From assembly GCA_964549765.1 (NCBI GenBank), contig CAZJWR010000012.1, positions 1,607 to 65,606 on the forward strand: a DNA stretch of 64,000 nucleotides, in the 5' to 3' direction. Below the pieces are notes generated by a model. That model saw nothing but the letters and a program-made list of their open reading frames with translations. It searched no databases and had not been told where the DNA came from. Numbering within the stretch: position 1 is the first letter of the stretch; each line of letters opens with the position of its first letter. Positions 52,292 to 61,503 of the stretch are shown here, in pieces. This stretch comes from an uncultured Ignavibacteriales bacterium (GTDB lineage Bacteria > Zixibacteria > MSB-5A5 > GN15 > JAAZOE01). Both the position numbers and the translations under genes were made by a program.

Positions 52292-52320
52292 TTGACATGG
52301 TCGTTGAAAGCCCTTAAATA
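52292..52320 (+). promoter_or_regulatory. possible sigma-70-type promoter for the EPS export operon
   Basis: TTGACA (52292-52297) - 17 nt - TAAATA (52315-52320), ~80 nt upstream of ATG 52400. Confidence 0.4.
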
Positions 52321-52399
52321 GCCATAAATTAATGGCAAATCGGGTCGATTTTTAGGTATAAACACGGTAGACATCGACCGCAGTCAAGGATCGAAAGGT

Positions 52400-53365
52400 A
52401 TGAAGTATCTGATAAGACCCAAGACATTTCTGGCGATATTATCCATCGTGATTCTGGCCGCCGCATCGGCTTGGTCGGCCGATGAATACGTGATCGGTCC
52501 CGAGGATATCCTCAAAATCAGTTTCTGGCAGGATCCCGATCTCGACCAGACGGTGCAGGTTCGGCAGGACGGCAAAATCACTCTGTCGATCATCGGCGAA
52601 ATAACCGCCGCCGGTTTGACCCCCCGGGAACTGTCCGACCGCATCGAACAAAGCGTATCGCTGTACAACAAGAAGATCTCCCAGGCTACGGTGACGGTCA
52701 CTGGCTTCAATTCCCAGCGGGTATTTGTGACTGGCCAGGTGGTGAACCCCGGCAAGAAGGCCTTCGAGGTTATCCCCGATCTTTGGACGGTCATCAAGGA
52801 AGCTGGCGGGGCGACCGAATCGGGCGACCTTACCCGCGTAACCATCGTCCGCTCGGAAGAATCGGGCGGCGAACGGATTACCGTCAATCTCCTGGAGGCG
52901 ATTTCCACCGGCAAACTGGACAACCTCCCCAAGCTCAAGACGGGAGACACCATCGAGGTGCCGCGGATGGCCGGAGGTGTGCCGGGACGGCAACTGGCGA
53001 CCGATTACTCCGAGCGTAAAAACCTGTACTACGTCATCGGCCAGGTGCGCCTGCCAGGAACGAAACCGTATGAAGCCGGTCTGGATCTGTTCGACGCCCT
53101 CGGGGCCGCCAACGGTCCCACCGAATTCGCCGATCTGAAAAATATCCGGATTGTCAGCAAGACCGGCGACGGCACCAGCGTGGTGCATGTCAATCTCAAT
53201 GAGTATCAATCACGGGGTCAGGCGCGGCGTCTGTCCATCAAACCGGAAGATACGATTATCATCGACGCCAAGCGGCATTCGATCCTCAGCTGGGGCGCGG
53301 TCCGGGACTTCGTCACGGTGGCCGGAACCGTCATATCGTTTGCCTACCTCATCAGTCGAAGATAG
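52400..53365 (+). CDS. polysaccharide export protein (Wza/GumB-like, Poly_export + SLBB)
   Basis: Signal peptide, then EYVIGPEDILKISFWQDPDLDQTVQVRQDGKITLSIIGEITAAGLTPRELSDRI, then SLBB-like repeats (GDLTRVTIVR; KNIRIVSK). Confidence 0.88.
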   Translation: MKYLIRPKTFLAILSIVILAAASAWSADEYVIGPEDILKISFWQDPDLDQTVQVRQDGKITLSIIGEITAAGLTPRELSDRIEQSVSLYNKKISQATVTVTGFNSQRVFVTGQVVNPGKKAFEVIPDLWTVIKEAGGATESGDLTRVTIVRSEESGGERITVNLLEAISTGKLDNLPKLKTGDTIEVPRMAGGVPGRQLATDYSERKNLYYVIGQVRLPGTKPYEAGLDLFDALGAANGPTEFADLKNIRIVSKTGDGTSVVHVNLNEYQSRGQARRLSIKPEDTIIIDAKRHSILSWGAVRDFVTVAGTVISFAYLISRR

Positions 53366-53388
53366 TCCGGCGAAAGCAGTAAGGTAGT

Positions 53389-54906
53389 ATGGCCGAGAAT
53401 GCGAAAATAACCACTCTCGATATCAAGGATGTTCTGGCGATTGTCCGCCGCCGGAAATGGCTGATCATTCTCCCGCTGATCCTGGTGACGCTGGTCGCCT
53501 TCGGCGGCTCTTATTTTCTCACCAAGCAGTACCGGTCGTCGACGATGGTGCTCACCGAGCAGACCCGCTATCTCTCCAAGCAGTTGCAGGCGATGGTCCC
53601 CGGTATGGAGGACAATCGGTATTCGGATGCGCAGCAGCGCAGCCGCCTGATTGCGATCCACAACGAAATCATCTCGACCACGTATCTGTCGCGCCTGATC
53701 GACGAACTGGGAATGGCGGACGACCCGGTGCTGCAGCGCCAGGCGCAAAAGATGCATCGCAGCCATCCCGATATCCCGGTAGAAAATCTCGTGTACCATA
53801 TCGCCATCCAGAATCTGCGCGAGAGCATCGGCGTGGATTTCAACGGAGAAAACATTATCGAAATTTCGGCCGAATCGTCCGATCCGGAACAAGCCATGAC
53901 GATCGCGACCAAACTGGCCGAAATATTCAAGGATGAGCGGCTGAAAAGTGAGTTGAGCAGCGTTCGCGGCGCCCTCGACTTCTCCGATGAACAACTGTCG
54001 ATTTACCGCGCCAACCTCGACGAAGCCGAACGCAAGAAAGCGGACTTCTCCGCTAGATTCATCCAAAACAAACTGGACGAATCGATATCGGCCGAATCCA
54101 ATATTCACGCCATTACGGCCGATATCGACAACCTCAAATTGATGATCGAGGACAACATCAATGAGCAGACCTCGGTGCGCTCGCAGCTTTCCGAATACAA
54201 AAAATCCGATCTCGATATCGATTTGGGCAGCAGATACGCTGAGCTGAAAACGACCATATTCTCCGAAACGGAGCGGTTGGCCAGCCTGATGTCGAAATAC
54301 ACGTGGTCCGACCCGAAAGTGCTCAACGCCAACCTGAAAATCAACAATCAACTGCAGGATATGGAAGCGATTGTTGAAGATCAGGTCGACTCCAAATTCA
54401 CCCGGTCGTCGGCGAACGACCGCAACGCCATCACACGGCTGCTGGTGCTGCAGACGCGGGAGACGGTGCTGCGCAAAAAACTCGACAATTTCGAAGTATC
54501 GCTGTCGACCCTGCGCAACCGCATCGCCCAGCAGCCCCAGATCGAAATCCAGATGCGCAACCTTGAAAATGAAGTGGCATCGGCTCGGGAAATTTTTGAA
54601 AAATTCAAGAATCAGGTGACTGGATCTGAAATTTCCCAGTCATTGATGCGCGGCGAGGCCGGATCCAAGTACCGTATCATCGAACCGGCGTCGATGCCGA
54701 TGGCTCCGGTAAAACCGAACAGGGTAAAGATCACGGTGCTGGGCGGAATCCTTGGTCTGGTGATCGGCGGCGCGGCGGCGCTTCTGGCGGAACTGCTCGA
54801 TAATTCCTTCCGCAAGGTGGAGGAGGTCGAGGAATTCCTCGGTGCGACGGTGCTGGCCACTATCCCCGGCATAGACGCCATCAAGGGGAAGGTAAAAGTC
54901 AGATAA
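53389..54906 (+). CDS. polysaccharide chain-length determinant (Wzz/GumC-type PCP, no kinase domain)
   Basis: An N-terminal Wzz motif with a TM helix (VRRRKWLIILPLILVTLVAFGGSYFLTKQYRSSTMVL), a long periplasmic coiled coil, and a C-terminal motif (PMAPVKPNRVKITVLGGILGLVIGGAAALLAELLD). Confidence 0.85.
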   Translation: MAENAKITTLDIKDVLAIVRRRKWLIILPLILVTLVAFGGSYFLTKQYRSSTMVLTEQTRYLSKQLQAMVPGMEDNRYSDAQQRSRLIAIHNEIISTTYLSRLIDELGMADDPVLQRQAQKMHRSHPDIPVENLVYHIAIQNLRESIGVDFNGENIIEISAESSDPEQAMTIATKLAEIFKDERLKSELSSVRGALDFSDEQLSIYRANLDEAERKKADFSARFIQNKLDESISAESNIHAITADIDNLKLMIEDNINEQTSVRSQLSEYKKSDLDIDLGSRYAELKTTIFSETERLASLMSKYTWSDPKVLNANLKINNQLQDMEAIVEDQVDSKFTRSSANDRNAITRLLVLQTRETVLRKKLDNFEVSLSTLRNRIAQQPQIEIQMRNLENEVASAREIFEKFKNQVTGSEISQSLMRGEAGSKYRIIEPASMPMAPVKPNRVKITVLGGILGLVIGGAAALLAELLDNSFRKVEEVEEFLGATVLATIPGIDAIKGKVKVR

Positions 54907-54920
54907 CACGGGATGGGAAA

Positions 54921-56045
54921 ATGGAAAACTATCGCCTGAAAAGCAAAGTATCGGTTAACGATAAGGAATATCTTGTGCAGACCGTCAACGACGCCAGCCA
55001 GATGTCGGTCGTGTCGTCGTTGTTTGTCGATGGACAAATTCTTGAGGTAACCCGCCTGCCGCATCCCGGCGAGGTATCGGCGGAAGACGTCCTGACCATG
55101 GTCAAGACGACTCATGAGGAGAAAAAGGGCGAACTGGAACACCTTCTGGCCACCTACGGCAAAGTCATCGCCTCCGGCGACGTCGATCTGATGTATCACT
55201 TGGGAACGGCCTTTTATTACAAACGGATGTGGGACGAGGCGGCCTCGCTGTTCGAGAATGTCCTGACGGCCGAGCGGGACCATCATCAGGCGGCCAACTA
55301 TCTCGGCCTGACTCTGATGGCGCACGGCAAGCATGATCAGGCCGTCAAAGTTTTGGCCAAGGCGGTGGAGCTGCGGCCCAGTTTCGCGGATTATCATAAC
55401 AATTACGGCGAAGCGCTGATGGAAGCCGGATTCTTTCGGCGGGCGGTCGAGGAGCTCGAGGCGGCGCTGAAAGAAAATATCTACTACGCCGATGCCTATT
55501 TCAATCTCGGTCTCGCCTATATCGGCAACGCCGTCCGGCGCGAAGATTTCGATATGTATACCAACCTGCTCGACAAAACCGGCGACGTCTTCAATCGGGC
55601 CGTGCTGATTGCACCCGAATACAAGACCGCGCAGTTCGACGAGGCTCTGGAGATTCTTCGGCAGAACGATCTCCCGCGTGCCTTCACGATGTTCAAATCG
55701 ATCCGCGACTTGAAACGCGAACGGAGCCGGCAGGAATTTTCCAGTTTCTATCTCCGCTTTTTGCTCTATGCCGATCGTCCCAACGAACGGGCCGTAGCCG
55801 AACGCATTCGGTATCTTCGGGAGGAGATCAGGAAGAATCCGTCCTACGTCGATTTGCATCACGAGTTGGCGCTGTGTTATCTGCAGCAATCACAGTTTTA
55901 CTGGCGGCGCGGTATCGAACAATTTCGCAAGACCCTTGAGATAAATCCCCGGCTGGGCAAGGCCAAGGAAGGTTTGGAAAAGGCCACGGAATTCGGAACC
56001 TCGTTGAAAGATATCGTATCCAATATCGCCCGGGGCGGGCATTGA
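54921..56045 (+). CDS. TPR-repeat protein
   Basis: 374 aa with several TPR units (YHLGTAFYYKRMWDEAASLFENVL; ANYLGLTLMAHGKHDQAVKVLAKAVELRP; AYFNLGLAYIG). It is inserted between the PCP and its kinase. Confidence 0.8.
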   Translation: MENYRLKSKVSVNDKEYLVQTVNDASQMSVVSSLFVDGQILEVTRLPHPGEVSAEDVLTMVKTTHEEKKGELEHLLATYGKVIASGDVDLMYHLGTAFYYKRMWDEAASLFENVLTAERDHHQAANYLGLTLMAHGKHDQAVKVLAKAVELRPSFADYHNNYGEALMEAGFFRRAVEELEAALKENIYYADAYFNLGLAYIGNAVRREDFDMYTNLLDKTGDVFNRAVLIAPEYKTAQFDEALEILRQNDLPRAFTMFKSIRDLKRERSRQEFSSFYLRFLLYADRPNERAVAERIRYLREEIRKNPSYVDLHHELALCYLQQSQFYWRRGIEQFRKTLEINPRLGKAKEGLEKATEFGTSLKDIVSNIARGGH

Positions 56046-56073
56046 TGATGATTATCGGGCGGGAAGATCGGAT

Positions 56074-56784
56074 ATGAAGCAGGCGAACGGTTTCAATCTG
56101 GTCGAATATTACGACCAGGAATCAGCTTACGCGACGGAATTTCGGCGCCTGCTCCACAATATCAACGGCGCCGTCCCCGAAAAGAAGGCCAAGACGATCT
56201 TGGTGACATCTTCGCTCTTGGCCGAGGGAAAATCCACGGTCGCGTCGTTTCTGGCCCTGACCGCGGCCCGGCAGAAACACAGGAAAACCCTCCTGATCGA
56301 TTGCGACCTGCGGCGTCCCACCCTCCACTATCTCTTTTCCGTCCCGCGAGACGGCGGGGTCGTCGAGGCGGTGTTGGACGGGAAGAAGATCACGGACGTT
56401 ATCAAGAGAACAGGCGAACCGAACCTCGACATCATAACGGCCGGTATCGCCGTCTCCCAGCCGAGTGAGATATTTGAGTCGGGCCGGATTGGGGAACTCC
56501 TCAACGAGGCCCGCTTCTATTATGAACTGATCCTGGTCGACTGCGCGCCGGTATTGCCGGTTTCCGACCCGATGCTTCTGGCGCCGGAAGTGGACGGCGT
56601 CATTTTGATTGTCAAGGCCGGATCGACCCAGCGGGAGATCGCCAAGCGGGCGTCGGCCGTTCTGAAAAACGAACGATCCCGGTTTCTCGGCGTCGTGCTC
56701 AACAATCTCTCGAACGTCTTGCCGTACTACTATAGCGATTCGTATTACGGCTACGAATACAATCCGCATTCAACCAAAGATTGA
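56074..56784 (+). CDS. BY-kinase (CpsD/CapB/EpsG-type protein-tyrosine kinase)
   Basis: Walker A (ILVTSSLLAEGKSTVA), Walker A' (LLIDCDLRRP), Walker B (ILVDCAPVLPVSD) and a C-terminal Tyr cluster (LPYYYSDSYYGYEYN). Confidence 0.9.
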   Translation: MKQANGFNLVEYYDQESAYATEFRRLLHNINGAVPEKKAKTILVTSSLLAEGKSTVASFLALTAARQKHRKTLLIDCDLRRPTLHYLFSVPRDGGVVEAVLDGKKITDVIKRTGEPNLDIITAGIAVSQPSEIFESGRIGELLNEARFYYELILVDCAPVLPVSDPMLLAPEVDGVILIVKAGSTQREIAKRASAVLKNERSRFLGVVLNNLSNVLPYYYSDSYYGYEYNPHSTKD

Positions 56785-57677
56785 TTCCCATGAAGAATCT
56801 GCTCACCGTCGACCTCGAAGATTGGTTCTCCGTGGAAGTCCTCAAGGATGCCCTGCCGCCCGATACGTGGGATCAGCAGGAATCCGTCGTCGAACGAAAC
56901 ACGATTGATGTTCTCGATCTGTTCGATGCCCACGGCGTCAAGGCCACGTTCTTCGTCCTGGGTTGGATCGCCGATCGGCATCCGGAACTGATTCAGGAGG
57001 TTGCACACCGGGGACATGAGATAGCCTGTCACAGTTATTATCATCGGATGGTGTCGTCACTGGCGCCGGACGAGTTTCGTCAAGACACCGACTTAGCCAT
57101 CAACGCTATCGTAAAAGCATGCGGCAGAATTCCCCTGGGCTATCGATCCCCGACATGGGGAATTAAAAGCGATATGATGTGGGCCTTTGATATATTGGCA
57201 GAACTGGGGTTCGAATACGACTCTTCCATTTTTCCGACGGAACACGATCTCTATGGCGAACCGGGAGGGCCGCGCGAGGCTTATCCGATAAACACTTCAT
57301 GTGGTAAAACCATTATTGAAATTCCGGCGATTAGCGCCCACGGCGGTGCTGAGAAGGGAGGAGCCGCGGTAAGCGGCGGGGGATGGCTGCGGCATAAGCC
57401 GTACTGGTATACGAAAAGACAGTTGGCCCGGATGAATAAGCGGGAAATGGCCATGGTAATCTATTTCCACCCCTGGGAATTGGACCAGAACCTTCCCGAA
57501 AAAGGGCTGTTAACATATATGAAGAAGAAACGCGGCCCGATAAAAGACTGGGTGCGTCAATATATGGGCGTCGCGAGCATGAGAATAAAAGTGGAAAAAT
57601 TACTGAGAGATTTTGAGTTTATTCCAATAAAGGACTGTCTTGAGACGTTCAAAGCGAGGAGAAGGAATACTACATGA
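56781..57677 (+). CDS. polysaccharide deacetylase family protein (DUF3473-containing, exosortase/PEP-CTERM-locus type)
   Basis: NLLTVDLEDWFSVEVL...NTIDVLDLFDAHGVKATFFVLGWIADRHPELIQEVAHRGHEIACHSYYH. The start overlaps the kinase stop. Confidence 0.87.
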   Translation: MIPMKNLLTVDLEDWFSVEVLKDALPPDTWDQQESVVERNTIDVLDLFDAHGVKATFFVLGWIADRHPELIQEVAHRGHEIACHSYYHRMVSSLAPDEFRQDTDLAINAIVKACGRIPLGYRSPTWGIKSDMMWAFDILAELGFEYDSSIFPTEHDLYGEPGGPREAYPINTSCGKTIIEIPAISAHGGAEKGGAAVSGGGWLRHKPYWYTKRQLARMNKREMAMVIYFHPWELDQNLPEKGLLTYMKKKRGPIKDWVRQYMGVASMRIKVEKLLRDFEFIPIKDCLETFKARRRNTT

Positions 57678-58768
57678 TAAAATCCAAAGTAGCGGTTCTG
57701 AAAACCTCGCCGGAAACGGTCGTCGATGATTATCATCGACTTTGTGCATTAGCCGGATACAAATACGGTCTCGACTTCTCCTCCGACTGTATCCTCAAGC
57801 TCAACCTGTCCTGGACCAAATATTTTCCCGCCTGCTCGTCGCAGCCGTGGCAGGTGGAAGGCGTCGTCAAATCCCTCATGGAAGACGGTTTCCCCAAGGA
57901 TAAGCTGTATCCGCTCGAAAACAAAACCGTCGTCACCAACCCCATCAAAGGCGCCAACAACAACCTCTGGACGCCGATCCTCAAAAAATACGGCCTGCCG
58001 TTCATCCCGCTCCCCGAACAGAAATGGATCGTCTATAATTTCAAGTCGAAACTGCTTAAACTCAACGAAATCTTCCCCGAGGGAATCGAAATTCCCGAAC
58101 TGTACGTCGGCAAACAGATCATCCATCTGCCCACCGTCAAGACCCACGGCCATTCTATCACCACCGGAGCCATAAAAAATGCCTTCGGCGGCCTGCTCAA
58201 GGAAGTTCGCCACTACGCGCACAAATATATCCACGAGGTCATGGTCGATCTGGTCATGATGCAGAAAGAGCTGCACCCGTCGGTGTTTGCTGTTATGGAC
58301 GGCACCGTCTCCGGCGATGGCGCCGGGCCGAGGACGATGATCCCGCGCGTCACCGATTATATCCTGGCCTCGTTCGATTCGGTGGCGATCGATTCCACGG
58401 CGGCGCGGATGATGGGCTATGACCCGTTACAGATTCCCTATATGAAAATGTGCGACGATATGGGCCTGGGCAACGCCCGCAAGGAGAATATCGAAATCGT
58501 CGGTGAAAACATCGAAGGCGTCAATTTCCATTTCCAGACCAAAAAATCGCTGGTCATCTGGGGCGACCAGATGCTGCGCAAAGGACCCCTGCGGTTCATG
58601 GAGCATATCGCCCTGCATTCGCCGTTGGTGGTCTGGGCGCCGATGGCCTCGAATATCTATCATGATTTCATGTGGTATCCGACCGTCGGCAAGTCCGTGA
58701 TCCGCAAATTTTCCAAGACCAAATGGGGCAAGCTTTTCGACGAGTATAAATCCGGCAAGTTTGGATAA
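57674..58768 (+). CDS. DUF362 domain protein
   Basis: VAVLKTSPETVVDDY...LKLNLSW...HLPTVKTHGHSITTGAIKNAFGGLL...MDGTVSGDGAGP...ASFDSVAIDSTAARMMG is the DUF362 pattern. An ATGA overlap links it to the deacetylase gene. Confidence 0.8.
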   Translation: MIKSKVAVLKTSPETVVDDYHRLCALAGYKYGLDFSSDCILKLNLSWTKYFPACSSQPWQVEGVVKSLMEDGFPKDKLYPLENKTVVTNPIKGANNNLWTPILKKYGLPFIPLPEQKWIVYNFKSKLLKLNEIFPEGIEIPELYVGKQIIHLPTVKTHGHSITTGAIKNAFGGLLKEVRHYAHKYIHEVMVDLVMMQKELHPSVFAVMDGTVSGDGAGPRTMIPRVTDYILASFDSVAIDSTAARMMGYDPLQIPYMKMCDDMGLGNARKENIEIVGENIEGVNFHFQTKKSLVIWGDQMLRKGPLRFMEHIALHSPLVVWAPMASNIYHDFMWYPTVGKSVIRKFSKTKWGKLFDEYKSGKFG

Positions 58769-58812
58769 GTCTGCTTATAAAATTGTTCACCTCATGGGGG
58801 AGTACGGGGAAA

Positions 58813-60471
58813 ATGCAAAACGAAGGCCGTGGCTGTAAAGCGATCATGCGAGATGGTTCCATATGTGGCCGTCCAATAAAAGATCAGAAAGAAATGAAAT
58901 GCGTTTTGCATTGGGACATGAGAGCAGACAAAGGGCACTTATTCCGATCGGAATTAGATAAACTTTTTCGCGATCCAAATGTCGAGGCATATGACTTGAC
59001 CGGGATTGTATTTCCGGATCATGGCTTTAAAATACCGCGGATTATAGATAAAGATGCTTATTTTCAAAAATGCAAATTTTATGGAGTAATGGATTTTGGC
59101 GTTACATCTATACTTAATATCCTGAGTATTCCAAGACTTTGGTCGTTTTCAAGGAGAAAACCCAGTATCATTGCGGGTTTAGCTGGCGCCACGGATTCGC
59201 CGCATTATCCCAATTGCAAATTTCTGGGAAATGTGTTCTTCCATGACAGCGAGTTTCTGAGCATTGTGAGTTTTATGAATGCCGAATTTAAAAAGCTGGT
59301 AAGATTTGATTCCACCAAATTTCAAGATATCGCTGTCTTTGCAGGAGCGCGATTTAATGAGGAGGTAATTCTTTTCGATACGAAATTCAAAAGTATTGTA
59401 TCGTTTGGCGGAACCGAAATAAAGAAAGGTGAATTTAATGCCATTGAATTTCCCGAAAAGGTAGATATGTCTTATTCTAATTTCGGAGAGATATCTTTTT
59501 CGGGATGCGTATTTCAAAGCGAAGTAAATTTCTTCAAAACGCAGGTTATGGAGGAGGGTAATTTCACCGGAGTCGGGTTCATGGATTTCGCAAATTTCAC
59601 GAAGTCCGTATTTCATGGGAACGTCACTTTTGAAAATCTATATGGAGGTCCTCATACTGCGTTCTTCATTGAGGGTGACGATGAGGATGGCACGAAAGTC
59701 TTTAAGGGTAAATCCAGTCTTCGCTACGCAAATATAGATGATATGCAAATGTTCATAATTCGGAATGTGTCCCTAAAGAATTGCCTTATGATTGGCGCAA
59801 CCCTTACAAGAGCAGTTTTTGATAACGTGGAATGGGCGACCCGAGGACGACTTGTCAAGCGAAATGTAATATATGATGAAATCGATGATAATGAAGTAAC
59901 GGGTGGAACGAATTTAGCGCAGTCTAAGCAACTAACCAAGTATAATGATATGGCACGGATATATAGGCAATTACAGATCAATTACATAGCGAATTACCGG
60001 TATGCGGAAGCTGGCCATTTTTTTATTGGCGAACAAGAGATGATGAGAAAGGCCAAAGGGCCGATTCGACAATATTTTTGCCTGGCGTTCCTTTATAGAC
60101 TTGCGTCATATTATGGTGAGAGCCATGTATTGCCTTTCGTTTGGATTGCGCTTTGTCTGATCCTATCCCCGGCATTTTGGCTCTTTTGCGGAATCGATCT
60201 TTCAAATGATCTGACCGGTGCCAATGCTCAAATGTCGACGGTGTACGCATGGAGTTGGAACCCATCGGATTTAATACTTGCAAAGAGTGATTATTGGAAA
60301 TCATTCTCCGCTAATCTATCGTTTATCACTTTAAACCGATCCGAGCTGAGCCGGCGTTTAGTGGGTTTCGATCAAAGGGCTCTGGCTGTGTTGGAATTGC
60401 TACTAATTGCGATTTTTACGACGCTATTTTTGCTTGCTCTTAGAAGGAAATTTAAGCGAAAGAGCTTTTAA
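58813..60471 (+). CDS. Zn-ribbon - pentapeptide-repeat - C-terminal membrane-domain protein, unknown function (start uncertain)
   Basis: The N-terminus has a CCCH pattern (GCKAIMRDGSICGRP...KCVLH). About 250 aa follow with a period-5 F/L/V repeat (AEFKKLVRFDSTKFQDIAVFAGARFNEEVILFDTKFKSIVSF...ANFTKSVFHGNVTFENL), then hydrophobic helices (FCLAFLYRLASYY; LPFVWIALCLILSPAFWLFCG; LAVLELLLIAIFTTLFLLAL). The gene is ~35-40% GC against 55-62% in the flanks. Alternative starts are 58783 (TTG) and 58846. Confidence 0.75.
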   Translation: MQNEGRGCKAIMRDGSICGRPIKDQKEMKCVLHWDMRADKGHLFRSELDKLFRDPNVEAYDLTGIVFPDHGFKIPRIIDKDAYFQKCKFYGVMDFGVTSILNILSIPRLWSFSRRKPSIIAGLAGATDSPHYPNCKFLGNVFFHDSEFLSIVSFMNAEFKKLVRFDSTKFQDIAVFAGARFNEEVILFDTKFKSIVSFGGTEIKKGEFNAIEFPEKVDMSYSNFGEISFSGCVFQSEVNFFKTQVMEEGNFTGVGFMDFANFTKSVFHGNVTFENLYGGPHTAFFIEGDDEDGTKVFKGKSSLRYANIDDMQMFIIRNVSLKNCLMIGATLTRAVFDNVEWATRGRLVKRNVIYDEIDDNEVTGGTNLAQSKQLTKYNDMARIYRQLQINYIANYRYAEAGHFFIGEQEMMRKAKGPIRQYFCLAFLYRLASYYGESHVLPFVWIALCLILSPAFWLFCGIDLSNDLTGANAQMSTVYAWSWNPSDLILAKSDYWKSFSANLSFITLNRSELSRRLVGFDQRALAVLELLLIAIFTTLFLLALRRKFKRKSF

Positions 60472-60558
60472 ATAATGGGTCTTAATTAAATAATTCGACT
60501 TTCGACGCCGATTAGTGGATTGGTGCAACTTTTTTGATGAAGGATCGTTTGACTGATT

Positions 60559-61503
60559 ATGACTGAAGCCGCTATTGCCATACGGGTCGAACATCTCTCC
60601 AAAACTTTCGGCGGCGGACTGCGCCGGCGGGGCGAAGTCCAGGCGTTGGTCGACGTCAGCCTTGAAGTCTCGGCAGGCGAAATTTTCGGCCTGCTCGGTC
60701 CCAACGGCGCCGGCAAAACCACCCTTGTCAAAATCCTCCTTGGTTCCCTGCACTCATCCACCGGCACCGCCTCGATCAACAGCCACGACTGTGGCAACTG
60801 GCGGGCGCGACAGAAAGCCGGTTTTCTTCCCGAAAATCATCGCTTCCCGTCCTACCTGACCGGACAGCAACTCCTGAACGTCTACGGCGGACTGGCCGGA
60901 ATGTCGCGATCGGCGATTCGGGCGCGCTCGAACGAGCTTCTGGAGCAGGTCGAAATGACCCGCTGGCGCAAAACCAAAATACGGAAATATTCCAAAGGCA
61001 TGATGCAGCGGCTGGGCCTGGCGCAGGCGCTCCTCAATGATCCCGATCTCGTCTTTCTCGACGAACCGACCGACGGCGTCGACCCGGTCGGGCGGCGCGA
61101 AATCCGCGAAATTTTGAAAGGACTCAAAAAGCAGGGGAAAACGATCTTTCTCAACTCCCATCTTCTCGCCGAGGTCGAGGCCGTCTGCGACCGGGTGGCC
61201 ATTCTCGACAAAGGTAAACTCATTAAAACCGGCCCGGTTGGCGCTCTGATCGAAACCAAACCGTATTACTGGATCGAGACCTATCACCTGCCGGAACATA
61301 TCGCCGGGATGATCACGTCGGGATTCGACCAGGCGATTATCGAGGAAAACGTCATCAAGCTGCCGCTCGAAAATCCGCGCAAAATCAACGTTATAATCGA
61401 CATATTGCGCAAGTACGAGGTCGATATCATCTCGGTCAAGCCGCTCAGCGTGAGCCTCGAAGACAGCTTCATGCAACTCATCAAGGGAGGGGCGGCGCCA
61501 TGA
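60559..61503 (+). CDS. ABC transporter ATP-binding protein (ABC-2 type)
   Basis: GLLGPNGAGKTTLVKIL, Q-loop, signature YSKGMMQRLGLAQAL, Walker B LVFLDEPTDGVDP, and a C-terminal accessory domain. Confidence 0.93.
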   Translation: MTEAAIAIRVEHLSKTFGGGLRRRGEVQALVDVSLEVSAGEIFGLLGPNGAGKTTLVKILLGSLHSSTGTASINSHDCGNWRARQKAGFLPENHRFPSYLTGQQLLNVYGGLAGMSRSAIRARSNELLEQVEMTRWRKTKIRKYSKGMMQRLGLAQALLNDPDLVFLDEPTDGVDPVGRREIREILKGLKKQGKTIFLNSHLLAEVEAVCDRVAILDKGKLIKTGPVGALIETKPYYWIETYHLPEHIAGMITSGFDQAIIEENVIKLPLENPRKINVIIDILRKYEVDIISVKPLSVSLEDSFMQLIKGGAAP

